Shown: piece after piece, positions 40,261 to 50,256 of the stretch
How the letters are laid out: every line of letters begins with the position of its first letter
Numbering within the stretch: position 1 is the first letter of the stretch
Assembly (NCBI GenBank): GCA_963668355.1
Contig: OY764265.1
Coordinates: 1,728,001-1,792,000 of the forward strand
Length of the DNA: 64,000 bases
Reading direction: 5' to 3'
From: Bdellovibrionota bacterium
GTDB taxonomy: Bacteria > Bdellovibrionota_G > JALEGL01 > DATDPG01
Program-made: the position numbers and the translations under genes
The notes under the pieces: generated by a model
The model's database searches: none
Told to the model about the DNA's origin: nothing
The model's input: only the letters and a program-made list of their open reading frames with translations

Positions 40261-40269
40261 TGGTATAAT
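40261..40269 (+). promoter_or_regulatory. Extended -10 promoter element
   Basis: TGGTATAAT matches TGnTATAAT, in an AT-rich region 20 nt before ATG 40290. Confidence 0.55.
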
Positions 40270-40289
40270 TTATGCGTATTCGTTAAGAA

Positions 40290-42971
40290 ATGCCTTTTCT
40301 CTCAAAACGCCTCGCTCCGTGTTTGTTTTTGGTCTTTTTGACTGCGCTGCCGGGGTGTTTTTCTTCTCAATCCGAACTTGAGGACGGCGTGGAGGCTACG
40401 GTGTCCTTGGAAGATCCGGAGCGTGTTTCTGGCTCGGAATTGGGAGATATTGAGCCGACCCTTTTGGATCCGAATCTTGTCTTCGCGCAATTGGTGAATC
40501 CACAAACCGATCAGATTGTCGTTGTGGGTTTGTCTGGAGCCGCGAATGTGGGTGCTGGAGCCGAGCGTGGATGCGTCCAGAAAATTGATGAAGGGAATCT
40601 CGTCGGGGAGCGTGTTTGTGAGAACATCTCTTCCAGCGGAGCTTTTCGACTCATTTTAAATGGTGTTCGCGAGGGAGATGCCGTTCGTGTTTTTGTGGAA
40701 GGGAGTCGAATTTCTCGAAGCGAAAGTGTGGACAAAATCGTGTTGGCTTGGAGGCGGATGGTTCCCTACCAAGTGGTTCAAGTTCTGGAAACGGATCGGG
40801 GCTTGTGGGTGCTCACTCATGAGGGATTGTTTTTCCGAAAACCCGGAGTTCCGCAGAATCAATTCAATGTTTTTTCCATGGCGGATGGTTTTGACGACAT
40901 TCGGTTTACCTCCGGGGCGGAGATGGACGAAAATAATCTATTCTTTGGTGGAGATGGTTTTATGAACCGTGTCCAGTGGGTCGGTGATCAGATGGAAGTT
41001 CTTCCCGTCGATTTGAGTCAAACTTCCGTTTCCTCAGTTCGACACCTTTTCGTCGATCGAGAAAACCGCCTTTGGATTGCTGGTTACCGAGGCGTTACTA
41101 CAATTGAAAAAAACCAGTCAGGAAATTTTGTTTTTACAGACCTTCAGTTCCCTGAAGTGTGGATGCCTCCTGACGGGTGGGATGTGGAGGATGGCACTTT
41201 ACCTGTTCATAAATGTGATGGCTGTTATCAGGCCCCCCTTATTCCCGAAAATGTGGATCTCTTCGTAGAAAATGATCGCGGCGTCTTCTTCGCCGGGGAC
41301 AACGGCGTGTGGTATCGCTCCAGGGCGAATGGAAGACTATTTCTCCTGGGTCGGATGGATATGGGAGGAGAGATTCGATCTTATGAATTTCTTCACCCCA
41401 TTGGGAATGATTATTTTGTGGGATCTCGTCGAGATGGCAATTCATTCTTGAGTCGGTTCGATCTCGAAAATAAGGAGATGATTATTCAAGAATCCCTTGG
41501 ATCTCTTTTTCTTTCGTTTGTGGTCCCCCTGGATTTAGAGGAAAGACGATTTTTTTTGGGGGGGAGAACGGGTCTACATGTCTTGGTTTTAAGTGAAGAT
41601 GCAAGTGGAAGGTTTACAACTTCCTTGCAAACCGTATTGCTTGAACCCGAAACTTCGAATCAACCGAAATATGCTGAGCGAATTTCGTCGAGCGAAATAC
41701 TCTATGTGACTGCGACTGGTCGTGTAGGAATTTTTGACTCCAGATCCAATCAGGTTACGGAAGATCTTTTGGTAGATGACCCAAGGACCTTCGTGATCAG
41801 TTTTCAGGTTTCCAAAGATAAGAAAAAAATATGGTTGAGCTCGATTTACTCAGGGTTACAGGTGATTGATCTTCATAATCGGCCCATGTCGTTTCATGAA
41901 ATCGAGCCGGAGTCATGGGAATTGTCCTCCAATGAAGTGCGATATTTTGAGAGCCAAGGAAGGCATCTGTGGATTGGCTTGAACAGAGGTTTGGTTCGGG
42001 TTGATCTTGCGGAACCCGAAATTGTGGAGACCATTCCCATCAAAGATTGTGAAGATTCTGCGTCTGTTCAGAAAATCAAGAAATCCGATTCTTGGGTGTG
42101 GCTTTCCAGCCGCTGCGGCGTAAGGGCCATTGATCCACATTCCTTGAATCAGGTGACCGTGACGACACGGGCGGTCCGAGATTTTGATACAGATCCCTCG
42201 GGTGGAATTTGGATCATTCAGGACGGAGACGTGTTTCGAATCTCCGAAAATTTTGAAGAGAACCTCCTTGTGAGGCCCAACGGAATCTATGCGGTGGAGT
42301 TGATTTCCGTTTCGCCCAACCGAGTGCTTGTGAACTTCGATGGGGATTCGGAGGAAGTGGCCCTGGTGAGTTTTGGAGATGGAACCTTCCGGATTGATTC
42401 TGTTTTAAGTGAAGAAACCGGGAACGCAGTCAATTTCGGCGATTTTGTTCGAGACTCACACGGTGGGGTTTGGGGGAGATCCTCCCGGACTGTCTATCGA
42501 ATTGACTTTTCTTCTGAACCCCCGATTGCGCGAAACGTCACGCCTTCTATTGAAGGGTCGCACTTTTCCAACCCCAAAAGCATTGCGGCGGACTCTCAGG
42601 GAAATGTTTGGGTGGGGGTATTCGCGTTTTTTAATACTATCTTGGATTCACAAGGGGATTTCCAGGAAGCGTCTTACGTGGTTCACTATTCCACGGACGG
42701 TTCTTTAATCAATGAGCCGAGGTCTCTTGACTCGGGTGGAAAGAGCATTCGGCAGGTAGAGTCCGATGGCTCTGGGGGAGTTTGGATATCTTGGTTTCCA
42801 GATTCAGGAACTGGAAGAGGTGGATTGTTTCATATGTCATCGGGAGGTCTCGTGTCCAATGAAACAGCCCTTCTTCCCAATCAAACGGTGACTCGCATGC
42901 TTCTGATGGATGACGATAAGTTGTTCGTTGCGACGAAAGGTTCCGGAGTTGTTCTTTTGCCCGCGCATTAG
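40290..42971 (+). CDS. Large lipoprotein with beta-propeller-like repeats
   Basis: LPGC lipobox; recurring D-x-x-G-x-x-W-I-G blade motifs (DRENRLWIAG, DSHGGVWG, DSQGNVWVG, DGSGGVWIS). Confidence 0.75.
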   Translation: MPFLSKRLAPCLFLVFLTALPGCFSSQSELEDGVEATVSLEDPERVSGSELGDIEPTLLDPNLVFAQLVNPQTDQIVVVGLSGAANVGAGAERGCVQKIDEGNLVGERVCENISSSGAFRLILNGVREGDAVRVFVEGSRISRSESVDKIVLAWRRMVPYQVVQVLETDRGLWVLTHEGLFFRKPGVPQNQFNVFSMADGFDDIRFTSGAEMDENNLFFGGDGFMNRVQWVGDQMEVLPVDLSQTSVSSVRHLFVDRENRLWIAGYRGVTTIEKNQSGNFVFTDLQFPEVWMPPDGWDVEDGTLPVHKCDGCYQAPLIPENVDLFVENDRGVFFAGDNGVWYRSRANGRLFLLGRMDMGGEIRSYEFLHPIGNDYFVGSRRDGNSFLSRFDLENKEMIIQESLGSLFLSFVVPLDLEERRFFLGGRTGLHVLVLSEDASGRFTTSLQTVLLEPETSNQPKYAERISSSEILYVTATGRVGIFDSRSNQVTEDLLVDDPRTFVISFQVSKDKKKIWLSSIYSGLQVIDLHNRPMSFHEIEPESWELSSNEVRYFESQGRHLWIGLNRGLVRVDLAEPEIVETIPIKDCEDSASVQKIKKSDSWVWLSSRCGVRAIDPHSLNQVTVTTRAVRDFDTDPSGGIWIIQDGDVFRISENFEENLLVRPNGIYAVELISVSPNRVLVNFDGDSEEVALVSFGDGTFRIDSVLSEETGNAVNFGDFVRDSHGGVWGRSSRTVYRIDFSSEPPIARNVTPSIEGSHFSNPKSIAADSQGNVWVGVFAFFNTILDSQGDFQEASYVVHYSTDGSLINEPRSLDSGGKSIRQVESDGSGGVWISWFPDSGTGRGGLFHMSSGGLVSNETALLPNQTVTRMLLMDDDKLFVATKGSGVVLLPAH

Positions 42972-43176
42972 TTAAGACTTAGATATTTGCGCCGCTTGGA
43001 TCGTTTTCTTCAAAGATCTTGATGCGTCTCGGAGCCACGGGGCTGTAAACAACAGGCACGACAAATGCCGAAAAAAACACCTTTGCGCAAAACCTCATCC
43101 AAGCGCGTGTTTTTGATTTCTGATTTCTCTTGAGGGGCGTTGTTAAAAGCCTCGTGAGAAGGCGGGCAATTTTTTA

Positions 43177-43350
43177 TGGGGTGAGTGATCCGTCTTTGTT
43201 CTTCGAATTACGCCGGGATGCAAGGGATTCACGCGCTCTCGCGCGTAGACCTGTTTGGAGTGAGTTCGCCCACCCGCTTTGCGGGTTCCCGGTCATCTCC
43301 GAGCGAACGAATCCCTTCTTTGTGATTCGCGCTCGACGTCTCGCACTCAT
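43177..43350 (-). repeat. Structured tRNA-His 3'-end duplication element
   Basis: TGGGGTGAGTGA at 43177-43188 repeats the tRNA 3' end (43403-43414); nested inverted repeats inside. Confidence 0.6.
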
Positions 43351-43402
43351 TTTTATAGAAGTCCCCCTCATTTTTGTTTTTGGATTTTAAAGAGGAGAAA
43401 AA

Positions 43403-43480
43403 TGGGGTGAGTGAAGGGATTCGAACCCTCGACCCCCAGGGCCACAACCTGGTGCTCTAACCAACTGAGCTACACCCACC
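43403..43480 (-). tRNA. tRNA-His(GTG)
   Basis: Minus strand GGTGGGTGTAGCTCAG...CCAGG TTGTGGC CCTGG...GTTCGAATC...CACTCACCCCA with encoded G-1. Confidence 0.97.
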
Positions 43481-43542
43481 ATCGGTAGGGGTGGCGTTTT
43501 ACCTGGTTTTTCAAAAAATGCAAAAGGGGAAAAGGGGGAGGT

Positions 43543-46437
43543 TTAGGTGTGAGAGGTGTTCCTGGAAAGCCTGATTTTAAGGGTGTTTCCGACGAGGAAG
43601 ATGAGGGCAAGGAGAAGGCCTCCCGGAAAACGGCGGCTTTGGCATCCTCCGCCGGGGACGGCGGTTTCCAGCGTGACTCTGGAAAAGTGATGTACGGTGA
43701 CATGAAACGTTCCGCTGTCTTCGTCAAAATACCAGTATCCGTGAGGGTTGAGGTCGTCGGTTTCTCCCGCTTGCACTTCGGTGAGTCTGTCGCCGTTTAA
43801 GTGAATGGCGGTTTGGCCGGAAATATATCCGGTTGCGGGAGGAGCGAGTTCAAAGCTTAGCGGATCATTGAGTTGATGGACCACGGAGCCGGCTTCATTG
43901 CCATTAAGAACCACCATCGCGACATCAAAAGAAAGAGAGCGTTGGACCTGGGCATAGGTTCGAATCACCAAGCCTAAATTGGTCGAAGAAACGAGTTGGC
44001 CTCTTTCATTTCGGGCGGATGGGAATTGATTCAAATTCGGAAATCTCAGATTAAAGTCCTTGGTGTCGATTTCGACTTCTTCAATTCGAGAATTTTTCTG
44101 TGCGTGTCCCACATTGAGGTGAGCTTGAGCGCTGATGACCTCGGAATCCGAGATGGGTTCAAAAATTTCAGATTGAACATGGAATGGATAGTCTTCCGTG
44201 AGTTCGGTGAGTGTGTTGAGAACCTCTTCGCTCAACGTCTCCATGTCGCGCCAATTGGTTTCAAGGTCCAGAACATTTAACTCTTCAGAGGCGAGGGGCG
44301 GAGAAATCACGAAGGTTGAAAAGTCGGTGGTTTCTAAGGTTTCGTGTTGAACATTTTTTGCAGAAATTCGCCAAGAATAGGACCCTTGAGAAAAAACCAG
44401 GGGACAATTCCAAACCACGGTTTCTCCTTCGTCTTCCATTGTTACGTCTGTTGCAGTGACGTTTCGTTGAAGATCCTTAGCGGGGCCTCGCGCTTCAAAA
44501 ACATAGTACGTGGCTTGGGAGAGAGATGACCACTTGAACGTCACGACTCCTTGTTGGCTGGTGCTTTCGTGGGAAGGAGAAGCCAATTCCAATATTTCCT
44601 CTTCGCTCGAAGGAATCGTGGGTGTGGGCGTTGGGGTTGGTGTGGGTGTGGGTTCCGGTTCTTCTTCGACCTCTTCCGCAACTTCGATGGAAAACGTTGG
44701 CAAAGCGGTGGTTTCTTTTCCATCGGTGACTCGAATGATGATGTTTTCGTAGATTCCAATGTCTTGAGAATCTGGAGTGCCGGCCAAAGCACCATTCTCG
44801 AAGCTGAAATTGGCCCAACTGGGTTGTCCGGAAATGGAAAACTCCAAATCATCTTCGTCTTCATCCCCACTGGTCGGAGTGAACGCATAGGCCTCACCGG
44901 GTGCAATCGTGGTGGTGGGACTCCCAGAAATCGTGGGCGCGTGATTGGGGGTCGTGGTGGTTGAGGTCGAAACCGTGAGGCTAGCAATGACGGGGTCCAA
45001 GATGGGAATGTTGAACGCGCTTGAAAATTCGCCTTCTTCCGTGGGGGCCGATTGAACGGTCAGCGTGCAGCTTTCTTCTGGGGCCAGTACGGTTTCCGAA
45101 CAGGTATCCGCAGTCAGACTGAAAGGAGCTTCCAATGAGGTCGCGGCACCGACTGCTCCCAATTCAACATTACTCTCGGAGTGATTGGTCACGAGAACAT
45201 TCTCGGAAACGGTTTCTCCGACGCCCGCAGCCAAGTAAACCGAACTGGAAGAAAGCTCAATGGGGGGGGTGATAACGCTTACGGTAAAGGAACCTTGGGC
45301 ATTGCTGGAAGGGTCTGCATCATCCACAACCGTAAGCGTGTACGTTGCAATATCCCCAAGGTTTGCGTCTGCGGGAATTCGAATGCTCATGGGGACTGTT
45401 TGAAACCCCATGGAGGAGAGGGTGACCGAGTTTGTGTCGACCGTGTAATTCCATTCGGTGGTGGATTGCGTTTGAATGGAAAAGGTTTTTTGAGATCCGG
45501 ATAAGTTTTGAACGACAAAACTGGTTTCCAAAGTTTGTCCGGCGAAGTTTTCTTCGTCACCGGGGGGCATAATCTGGGTAACGCCCCCCGACGACCATTG
45601 TTCGAAGGAAACAATTCGCCATGTTTCGCCGGGAGCTAAACTACTTCGTTTCCATTGAAGGTAGTAACCGGCGTCACGATAATTTGTGTCGGCAAAATCG
45701 GGAAGGTCAGTTCCGTTGGTGGCTTCACTGTTTCCGGTGTTGTATTGCCCTCCGAAATAGTGCGCCGCAGGCGTAGCGGGGTGTGCATAGAACCCCATGA
45801 GAGCGGTGTCCGTGACATTGGAGTTACTCAGATAGATCATTTCCAAGTCATCATTGTAAAAAGCGTTGGCGCTATCGTTTCCGCCAAAATACGTGTCACC
45901 TCCGTGGAATAGATTCAATCCCTCATAGGTGGTTTCGCTCAAGTTTTCGAGGGTGAAGGTCTTTTCGTAGAAGCGGTTTCCGTTGGAGTATTCCATGGTG
46001 GTTGTGATTCGGAGGTCACCATTATTTATGGTGGCGACAGAAACCAATCGATTCCCATTTTCAATGCTGATGCTCACGGGCGTGAATCCACCGCCCCTAT
46101 AACTACTCTTGCTCATTACATACGGGGAGGTGGAGAAAAAGACGCTTCCAAAGGCATCTTCGGAATAATACTGGCGCGTATATCCTCCCCGACTATCTTG
46201 ATAAAGCCAAACGGCGGGAGTTCCGTCATCTGCCAACCCCACAACCAAAGGATCCCCGACAAGAAATTTCCAGTTGAGGTTCGAGTTGCAGGAACTCCCA
46301 ATGCCCTCATTGCTACTTAGACTGCTGATGGAGTCATAGGTGACCAGAGAATCGGCCCAAACATGAGAAGAAAGGATAAAGCATACCCAGATGACGCCAA
46401 GACATCTTGAAGCCAGGCGTATGCTAAATCCTTTCAT
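43543..46437 (-). CDS. Cell-surface multi-Ig-domain protein with MYXO-CTERM-like tail
   Basis: Signal peptide; Ig-like repeats including He_PIG-like PTISGSP...PSWANF; PT linker; ends GGGC-x-hydrophobic-K/R. Start 46437 or 46464. Confidence 0.75.
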   Translation of the reverse strand: MKGFSIRLASRCLGVIWVCFILSSHVWADSLVTYDSISSLSSNEGIGSSCNSNLNWKFLVGDPLVVGLADDGTPAVWLYQDSRGGYTRQYYSEDAFGSVFFSTSPYVMSKSSYRGGGFTPVSISIENGNRLVSVATINNGDLRITTTMEYSNGNRFYEKTFTLENLSETTYEGLNLFHGGDTYFGGNDSANAFYNDDLEMIYLSNSNVTDTALMGFYAHPATPAAHYFGGQYNTGNSEATNGTDLPDFADTNYRDAGYYLQWKRSSLAPGETWRIVSFEQWSSGGVTQIMPPGDEENFAGQTLETSFVVQNLSGSQKTFSIQTQSTTEWNYTVDTNSVTLSSMGFQTVPMSIRIPADANLGDIATYTLTVVDDADPSSNAQGSFTVSVITPPIELSSSSVYLAAGVGETVSENVLVTNHSESNVELGAVGAATSLEAPFSLTADTCSETVLAPEESCTLTVQSAPTEEGEFSSAFNIPILDPVIASLTVSTSTTTTPNHAPTISGSPTTTIAPGEAYAFTPTSGDEDEDDLEFSISGQPSWANFSFENGALAGTPDSQDIGIYENIIIRVTDGKETTALPTFSIEVAEEVEEEPEPTPTPTPTPTPTIPSSEEEILELASPSHESTSQQGVVTFKWSSLSQATYYVFEARGPAKDLQRNVTATDVTMEDEGETVVWNCPLVFSQGSYSWRISAKNVQHETLETTDFSTFVISPPLASEELNVLDLETNWRDMETLSEEVLNTLTELTEDYPFHVQSEIFEPISDSEVISAQAHLNVGHAQKNSRIEEVEIDTKDFNLRFPNLNQFPSARNERGQLVSSTNLGLVIRTYAQVQRSLSFDVAMVVLNGNEAGSVVHQLNDPLSFELAPPATGYISGQTAIHLNGDRLTEVQAGETDDLNPHGYWYFDEDSGTFHVTVHHFSRVTLETAVPGGGCQSRRFPGGLLLALIFLVGNTLKIRLSRNTSHT

Positions 46438-46642
46438 GATGAATGAGGAAAGAGCAGTTTTCATGCCGAATCTAAGTGCTTGAAAATACGTGGTCGTTTC
46501 TCGTCTTTGAGCCAAAGGGGAGGTGTTTTTGACTTCATTGGACCGTGGCGGGCCGAGTTTTTTTGACCCCGAGAAGTCATTTCTACCCCACGAAAGCCAC
46601 GAGTTGCGTTTTAGAAACGTACGATTATGATGCAGCGCCTGC

Positions 46643-46719
46643 GCGCCTGTAGCTCAGCTGGATAGAGCATCGGCCTTCTAAGCCGAGGGTCAGGGGTTCG
46701 AGTCCCTTCAGGCGCGCCA
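46643..46719 (+). tRNA. tRNA-Arg(TCT)
   Basis: GCGCCTG...TCGGC CTTCTAA GCCGA...GTTCGAGTC...CAGGCGC G CCA. Confidence 0.97.
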
Positions 46720-46924
46720 TTTTTCATTTAGGGCCCTTTCGGGCCAACACGACCCAATTCTTCCCCGCGAGGATCGGGCGGAGTGGAGGTGTGGGGGAAA
46801 CGCAGCCCGATCCGAGCGGTATTTGGAATAGCTACAAAAACACCAATTATTTCAAACCTTTCCATGTATTTGTGCGCCGCGTTATTTTGTGCTATTCAAC
46901 TTCCCAAACAGCCCCTGAGATTAA

Positions 46925-48706
46925 ATGACTACCTTCAACAGCAAAAAGTTTCTGATCATTGTTTTCGGTCTACTTCTGTTTACTCCAAACCTTTTCGCGA
47001 ATTCACTGGAAGAGCGCCGAATGGAAAAAATGCTAGCCCAAGCCATGAGCGTTTTTCCTTCTTACGATTTCCCACCGACAATTGAACCTGTCACCTGTGG
47101 AGATCGAATCAGAGGATTCTTTTCCAGCCTTTTTAATCTCCAACCTACATCCGGAGACATAACTCGCGCGCAACTAAGAGCCATCGGCGTAATGAAGGAA
47201 CTTGGAAACCCGGAAGCCTTTGAAGTACTCATGCGTGCTTCAAGGTTCGGAGACGGAATTGTTGGATCAAAACACTCGTCGGTCGTTCAATGGGCAGCAC
47301 GTGAAGCCCTCTTCGAAATCATGCCTCAGTTATCACCAGACCAAAGGATTCAATATAGAGATGCACTCGGAAATCAACGGGAGCGACTCTACAATTTTCA
47401 TCTTTTGCCAAACGACACTCTTGGCCCCTCTGGACAAGATGCCATCAACCGCATGGATCATCTAATAAATTTAGTCGAGGAAACACTTGCTGATCTAGCT
47501 GGCGTGCCCGCCACGACTTCTTCAACCTCATGCTGGTTGTTAAATTATGAAGAGGCAGGAGAAGGCCTCCTTCTTTTTCCAACCGAGTTTCTGCGCGGAG
47601 CCGCTAGAATTGCTACAGAAGAACCTCTTAAAGCCCCTACGAGAATAATCGGTGGATTGTTTATCTCGGGAAAAGCTGCTGTTGTTGATTTCATTCCAAA
47701 TGTCGGTGGACTATTCACAGCCGGAGCGTACGGAAATAGCGGACACCACCTGGGAGAAAGTATCGCAAACGAAGTTGTCTGGGCCGTACCTGCAATAAAG
47801 TTCGGACGACGCGTCCCTGGATATTGGAAGGATGGCGCAACATACTTTCGTACCGGATTTACGCCTGGAAGAATCGATCAATTGATTATGTTTAAGCATG
47901 ATTTTTTCGCTCAAGTTTACCCCATGCGTACGTTTGCTCCATTCATTCGCGAGAAATTCCTTGGAACTGAGCATGCAAATCTAACCACAAAGCTTTTCGA
48001 GACAACTGAAAACCTGATGACGAGATTTGAAGGATACGATAAGGCCTGCGCGGAATTGAGAAGACAAGGAGACTATAGAGGTGCCCAACGACTTTTATGT
48101 GAAATGGGTGATGAATTGGGCCCAGAGCTAGAGCAGCTTAATTCTATGGTAACAAACACAAAGGAAGCCATTGCTGTCCCTGAATTTGTTTCAATCTTGG
48201 AACAAGAAGAGAGCATGCTCAGGAACGCCATCGACCTTTTGAGTGAATTTAAAGGAAACGAAGTTTCGGGAGGAGTCATCCGATCTTTAGAGACTGAACT
48301 GAGAACGTTTCAAAAAAATTACGAAACTCGTGAGCGAGAAAGTGTGAGAATGAACCTTGCTCTATCCGATTCTCCTTACAATGTTCAACTTGAGTCATTG
48401 GCGTTTCGTCGAGTTCTCTTCAATCTTGTCAAAAATGCAGAAGAAGCCGGTGCTGATCAAATTACGATCCGTACCATCCTTAAGCACGATCATGTTCTTT
48501 TGATTGTCGAAGACAATGGATCGGGAATGACTCCCGAGGTGCTTAGACAAGCATTTGATATGGATTTTTCAACTAAGAATCGTGGCAGTGGGCAAGGCCT
48601 AGCAAGTGTCAAAAATAGCGTCGAATCCATGAAAGGCACAATCAAAGTCGCCAGCGAACCAAATGTCGGAACAACATTTACAATGTCGTTTCCCATTCGG
48701 CAATAG
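46925..48706 (+). CDS. Signal-peptide-bearing protein with C-terminal HATPase_c (histidine-kinase-like) domain
   Basis: N box NLVKNAEEA, G1 EDNGSGM, F box AFDMDFSTK, G2 GSGQGL, GTTF; possible H box FKHDF; N-terminal signal-like sequence. Confidence 0.8.
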   Translation: MTTFNSKKFLIIVFGLLLFTPNLFANSLEERRMEKMLAQAMSVFPSYDFPPTIEPVTCGDRIRGFFSSLFNLQPTSGDITRAQLRAIGVMKELGNPEAFEVLMRASRFGDGIVGSKHSSVVQWAAREALFEIMPQLSPDQRIQYRDALGNQRERLYNFHLLPNDTLGPSGQDAINRMDHLINLVEETLADLAGVPATTSSTSCWLLNYEEAGEGLLLFPTEFLRGAARIATEEPLKAPTRIIGGLFISGKAAVVDFIPNVGGLFTAGAYGNSGHHLGESIANEVVWAVPAIKFGRRVPGYWKDGATYFRTGFTPGRIDQLIMFKHDFFAQVYPMRTFAPFIREKFLGTEHANLTTKLFETTENLMTRFEGYDKACAELRRQGDYRGAQRLLCEMGDELGPELEQLNSMVTNTKEAIAVPEFVSILEQEESMLRNAIDLLSEFKGNEVSGGVIRSLETELRTFQKNYETRERESVRMNLALSDSPYNVQLESLAFRRVLFNLVKNAEEAGADQITIRTILKHDHVLLIVEDNGSGMTPEVLRQAFDMDFSTKNRGSGQGLASVKNSVESMKGTIKVASEPNVGTTFTMSFPIRQ

Positions 48707-48734
48707 TCCAAGTATTTTCCTTTCTTTCGGGCGT

Positions 48735-49250
48735 TTAACTTGTTTCAATTTTTCGGTTATCAAATTCTTCTAACCACCGCTTTATCTCTGTTAAATCAGA
48801 TTCAATTCGATCAGGCTGAAAAATTGACGATGGCTGTTCGTCTGGTGGAAGATGCTTATCTTTTGAGTAGGAAGTCATCCAACCATCTATAAGCCCACAA
48901 TCCCTAATCGACACTTTGGCAATTGTTCCAAGCTTGCCTTTAGTTTGTATGTCCATTCTAAACCGGCCAACAACGTCAGCTAAAAGAACCTGTTCAACAA
49001 TACGTTCAATTGTATTTCTGACATCCGTACACAATGCTTTAGCCAGCACTGAATATTCTGAAAGCCCTTTCTCCTCTAAACATTTTCTCGCTTGAGGAAC
49101 TTTTTCATTCAGCAATACATTTATGGCTTTTTTCGGTTTCAATTTTGTTATTTCACTCGCGTTGGGTTCGCCCGCTCCCCAACTCTCTCTTGTGACATTT
49201 ACTACATGAACGTCCAAACCTAAATTCCCTGCCTTCTTCTGCAAGCCAGT
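48735..49250 (-). pseudogene. C-terminal fragment of an AAA/ABC-type ATPase (AAA_13/RloC-like tail), 5' truncated
   Basis: RNTIERIVEQVLLADVVGRF...IQT...WMTSYS...H...PDRIESDL resembles the tail of this family; no Walker motifs; the recognisable part begins at the 49254-49306 palindrome. Confidence 0.5.
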
Positions 49251-49253
49251 ATT

Positions 49254-49306
49254 GGTGCCAGGCGTATTTCTGCAATATGTCGCATTACAAAAATACGCCT
49301 GGCACC
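49254..49306. repeat. REP-like imperfect palindrome
   Basis: GGTGCCAGGCGTATTT (49254-49269) / AAATACGCCTGGCACC (49291-49306) with further imperfect inner pairing. Confidence 0.7.
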
Positions 49307-49317
49307 TGAACATAGTC

Positions 49318-49779
49318 CTATTTCGTTGAATGCGGAAACCGAATCCCGTATGGATTGCTACCATCTTCTGGAGTTGCTCTCTCTCCGAATCGTTTTTGAT
49401 CGGCAGCTCGAAGGTCGTCGATCTGTTTTTGTCGCTCAGCCGCTTCACCCACTCGCTCAGCTTCTCCTGCGTAAGATTGCTCTTTATAGTCTTCAATATC
49501 ATCGGGTGAAGCACTTCGGGGTTCCGTTCTACCTAACACTTCATCTCTCTTACGAAGAGCTTCTTCAATTCGTTCTTTTGAAACTCTTCTTCCGCGTATA
49601 ATGATTTCTTTTCCGACTTCAATATTCCCTGGTCCTAACACAATGCTAGGTTCTTCACCTTTCACGCCAATTGAAATCGTGCCATCATCTTCATCCACAC
49701 CAAATTCGATATCGTCATCGCCTTCTCCAGCGGCCGCACCATCTTCTTCACCGGAACTATTCGAGATCTGAAACCGGTC
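49318..49779 (-). pseudogene. Acidic/charged ORF fragment, probably 5'-truncated
   Basis: Frame stays open upstream of GTG 49698 to a TAG near 49780 with no start codon; protein-like composition. Confidence 0.4.
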
Positions 49780-50256
49780 CTAATGTTTTTGGAGTGTGAC
49801 GCCGGAAGGAGCGTCGCTCAGAGTAGTTATTGTTTTTAGCCATAAGTCCTCGAGTTTTTCGCTTCAGTCTTCATGGATTTGTTAAGGGGTTCACCTTTTA
49901 GAGATCCTTGGATATTCCTCCGAATTTTTTTGAAGAAAAGAAAATTCGATCTTTCAAAGATTTTCACAAAAGCGAAATTTTCGTGACAAGAGTAGAGAAA
50001 TTCTTCTAGGGCCGACGAGCAAGCCTTCAAAAGCCAACGGGCGGGAAAATTCCAACACAATGAGGATTTCGTGGATGGTTTGAAAAAAATTGAAGCGTAT
50101 GAACGTTTCCTCCGTAACGGCGTCGCTTCGAAGTATTTAAAAAGATTGTAAAAGGGGTGGCTGGAAGGACTCCTTTTGGATATCCTTCCGAAATTCAAGG
50201 GGAAATGTTCAGGTTGTCGAGCATTTTGAGATGTATGTTGATGCAGGGGAAGGGTC

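Noticed and set aside
48735..49514. 259-aa ORF as an intact gene
   Set aside because: Its first ~88 codons read through another ORF's alternate frame and a palindrome; treated as a fragment instead.
46720..50250. Intact prophage or integrative element at tRNA-Arg
   Set aside because: No integrase, transposase or phage genes, and no duplicated tRNA-Arg 3' end was found.
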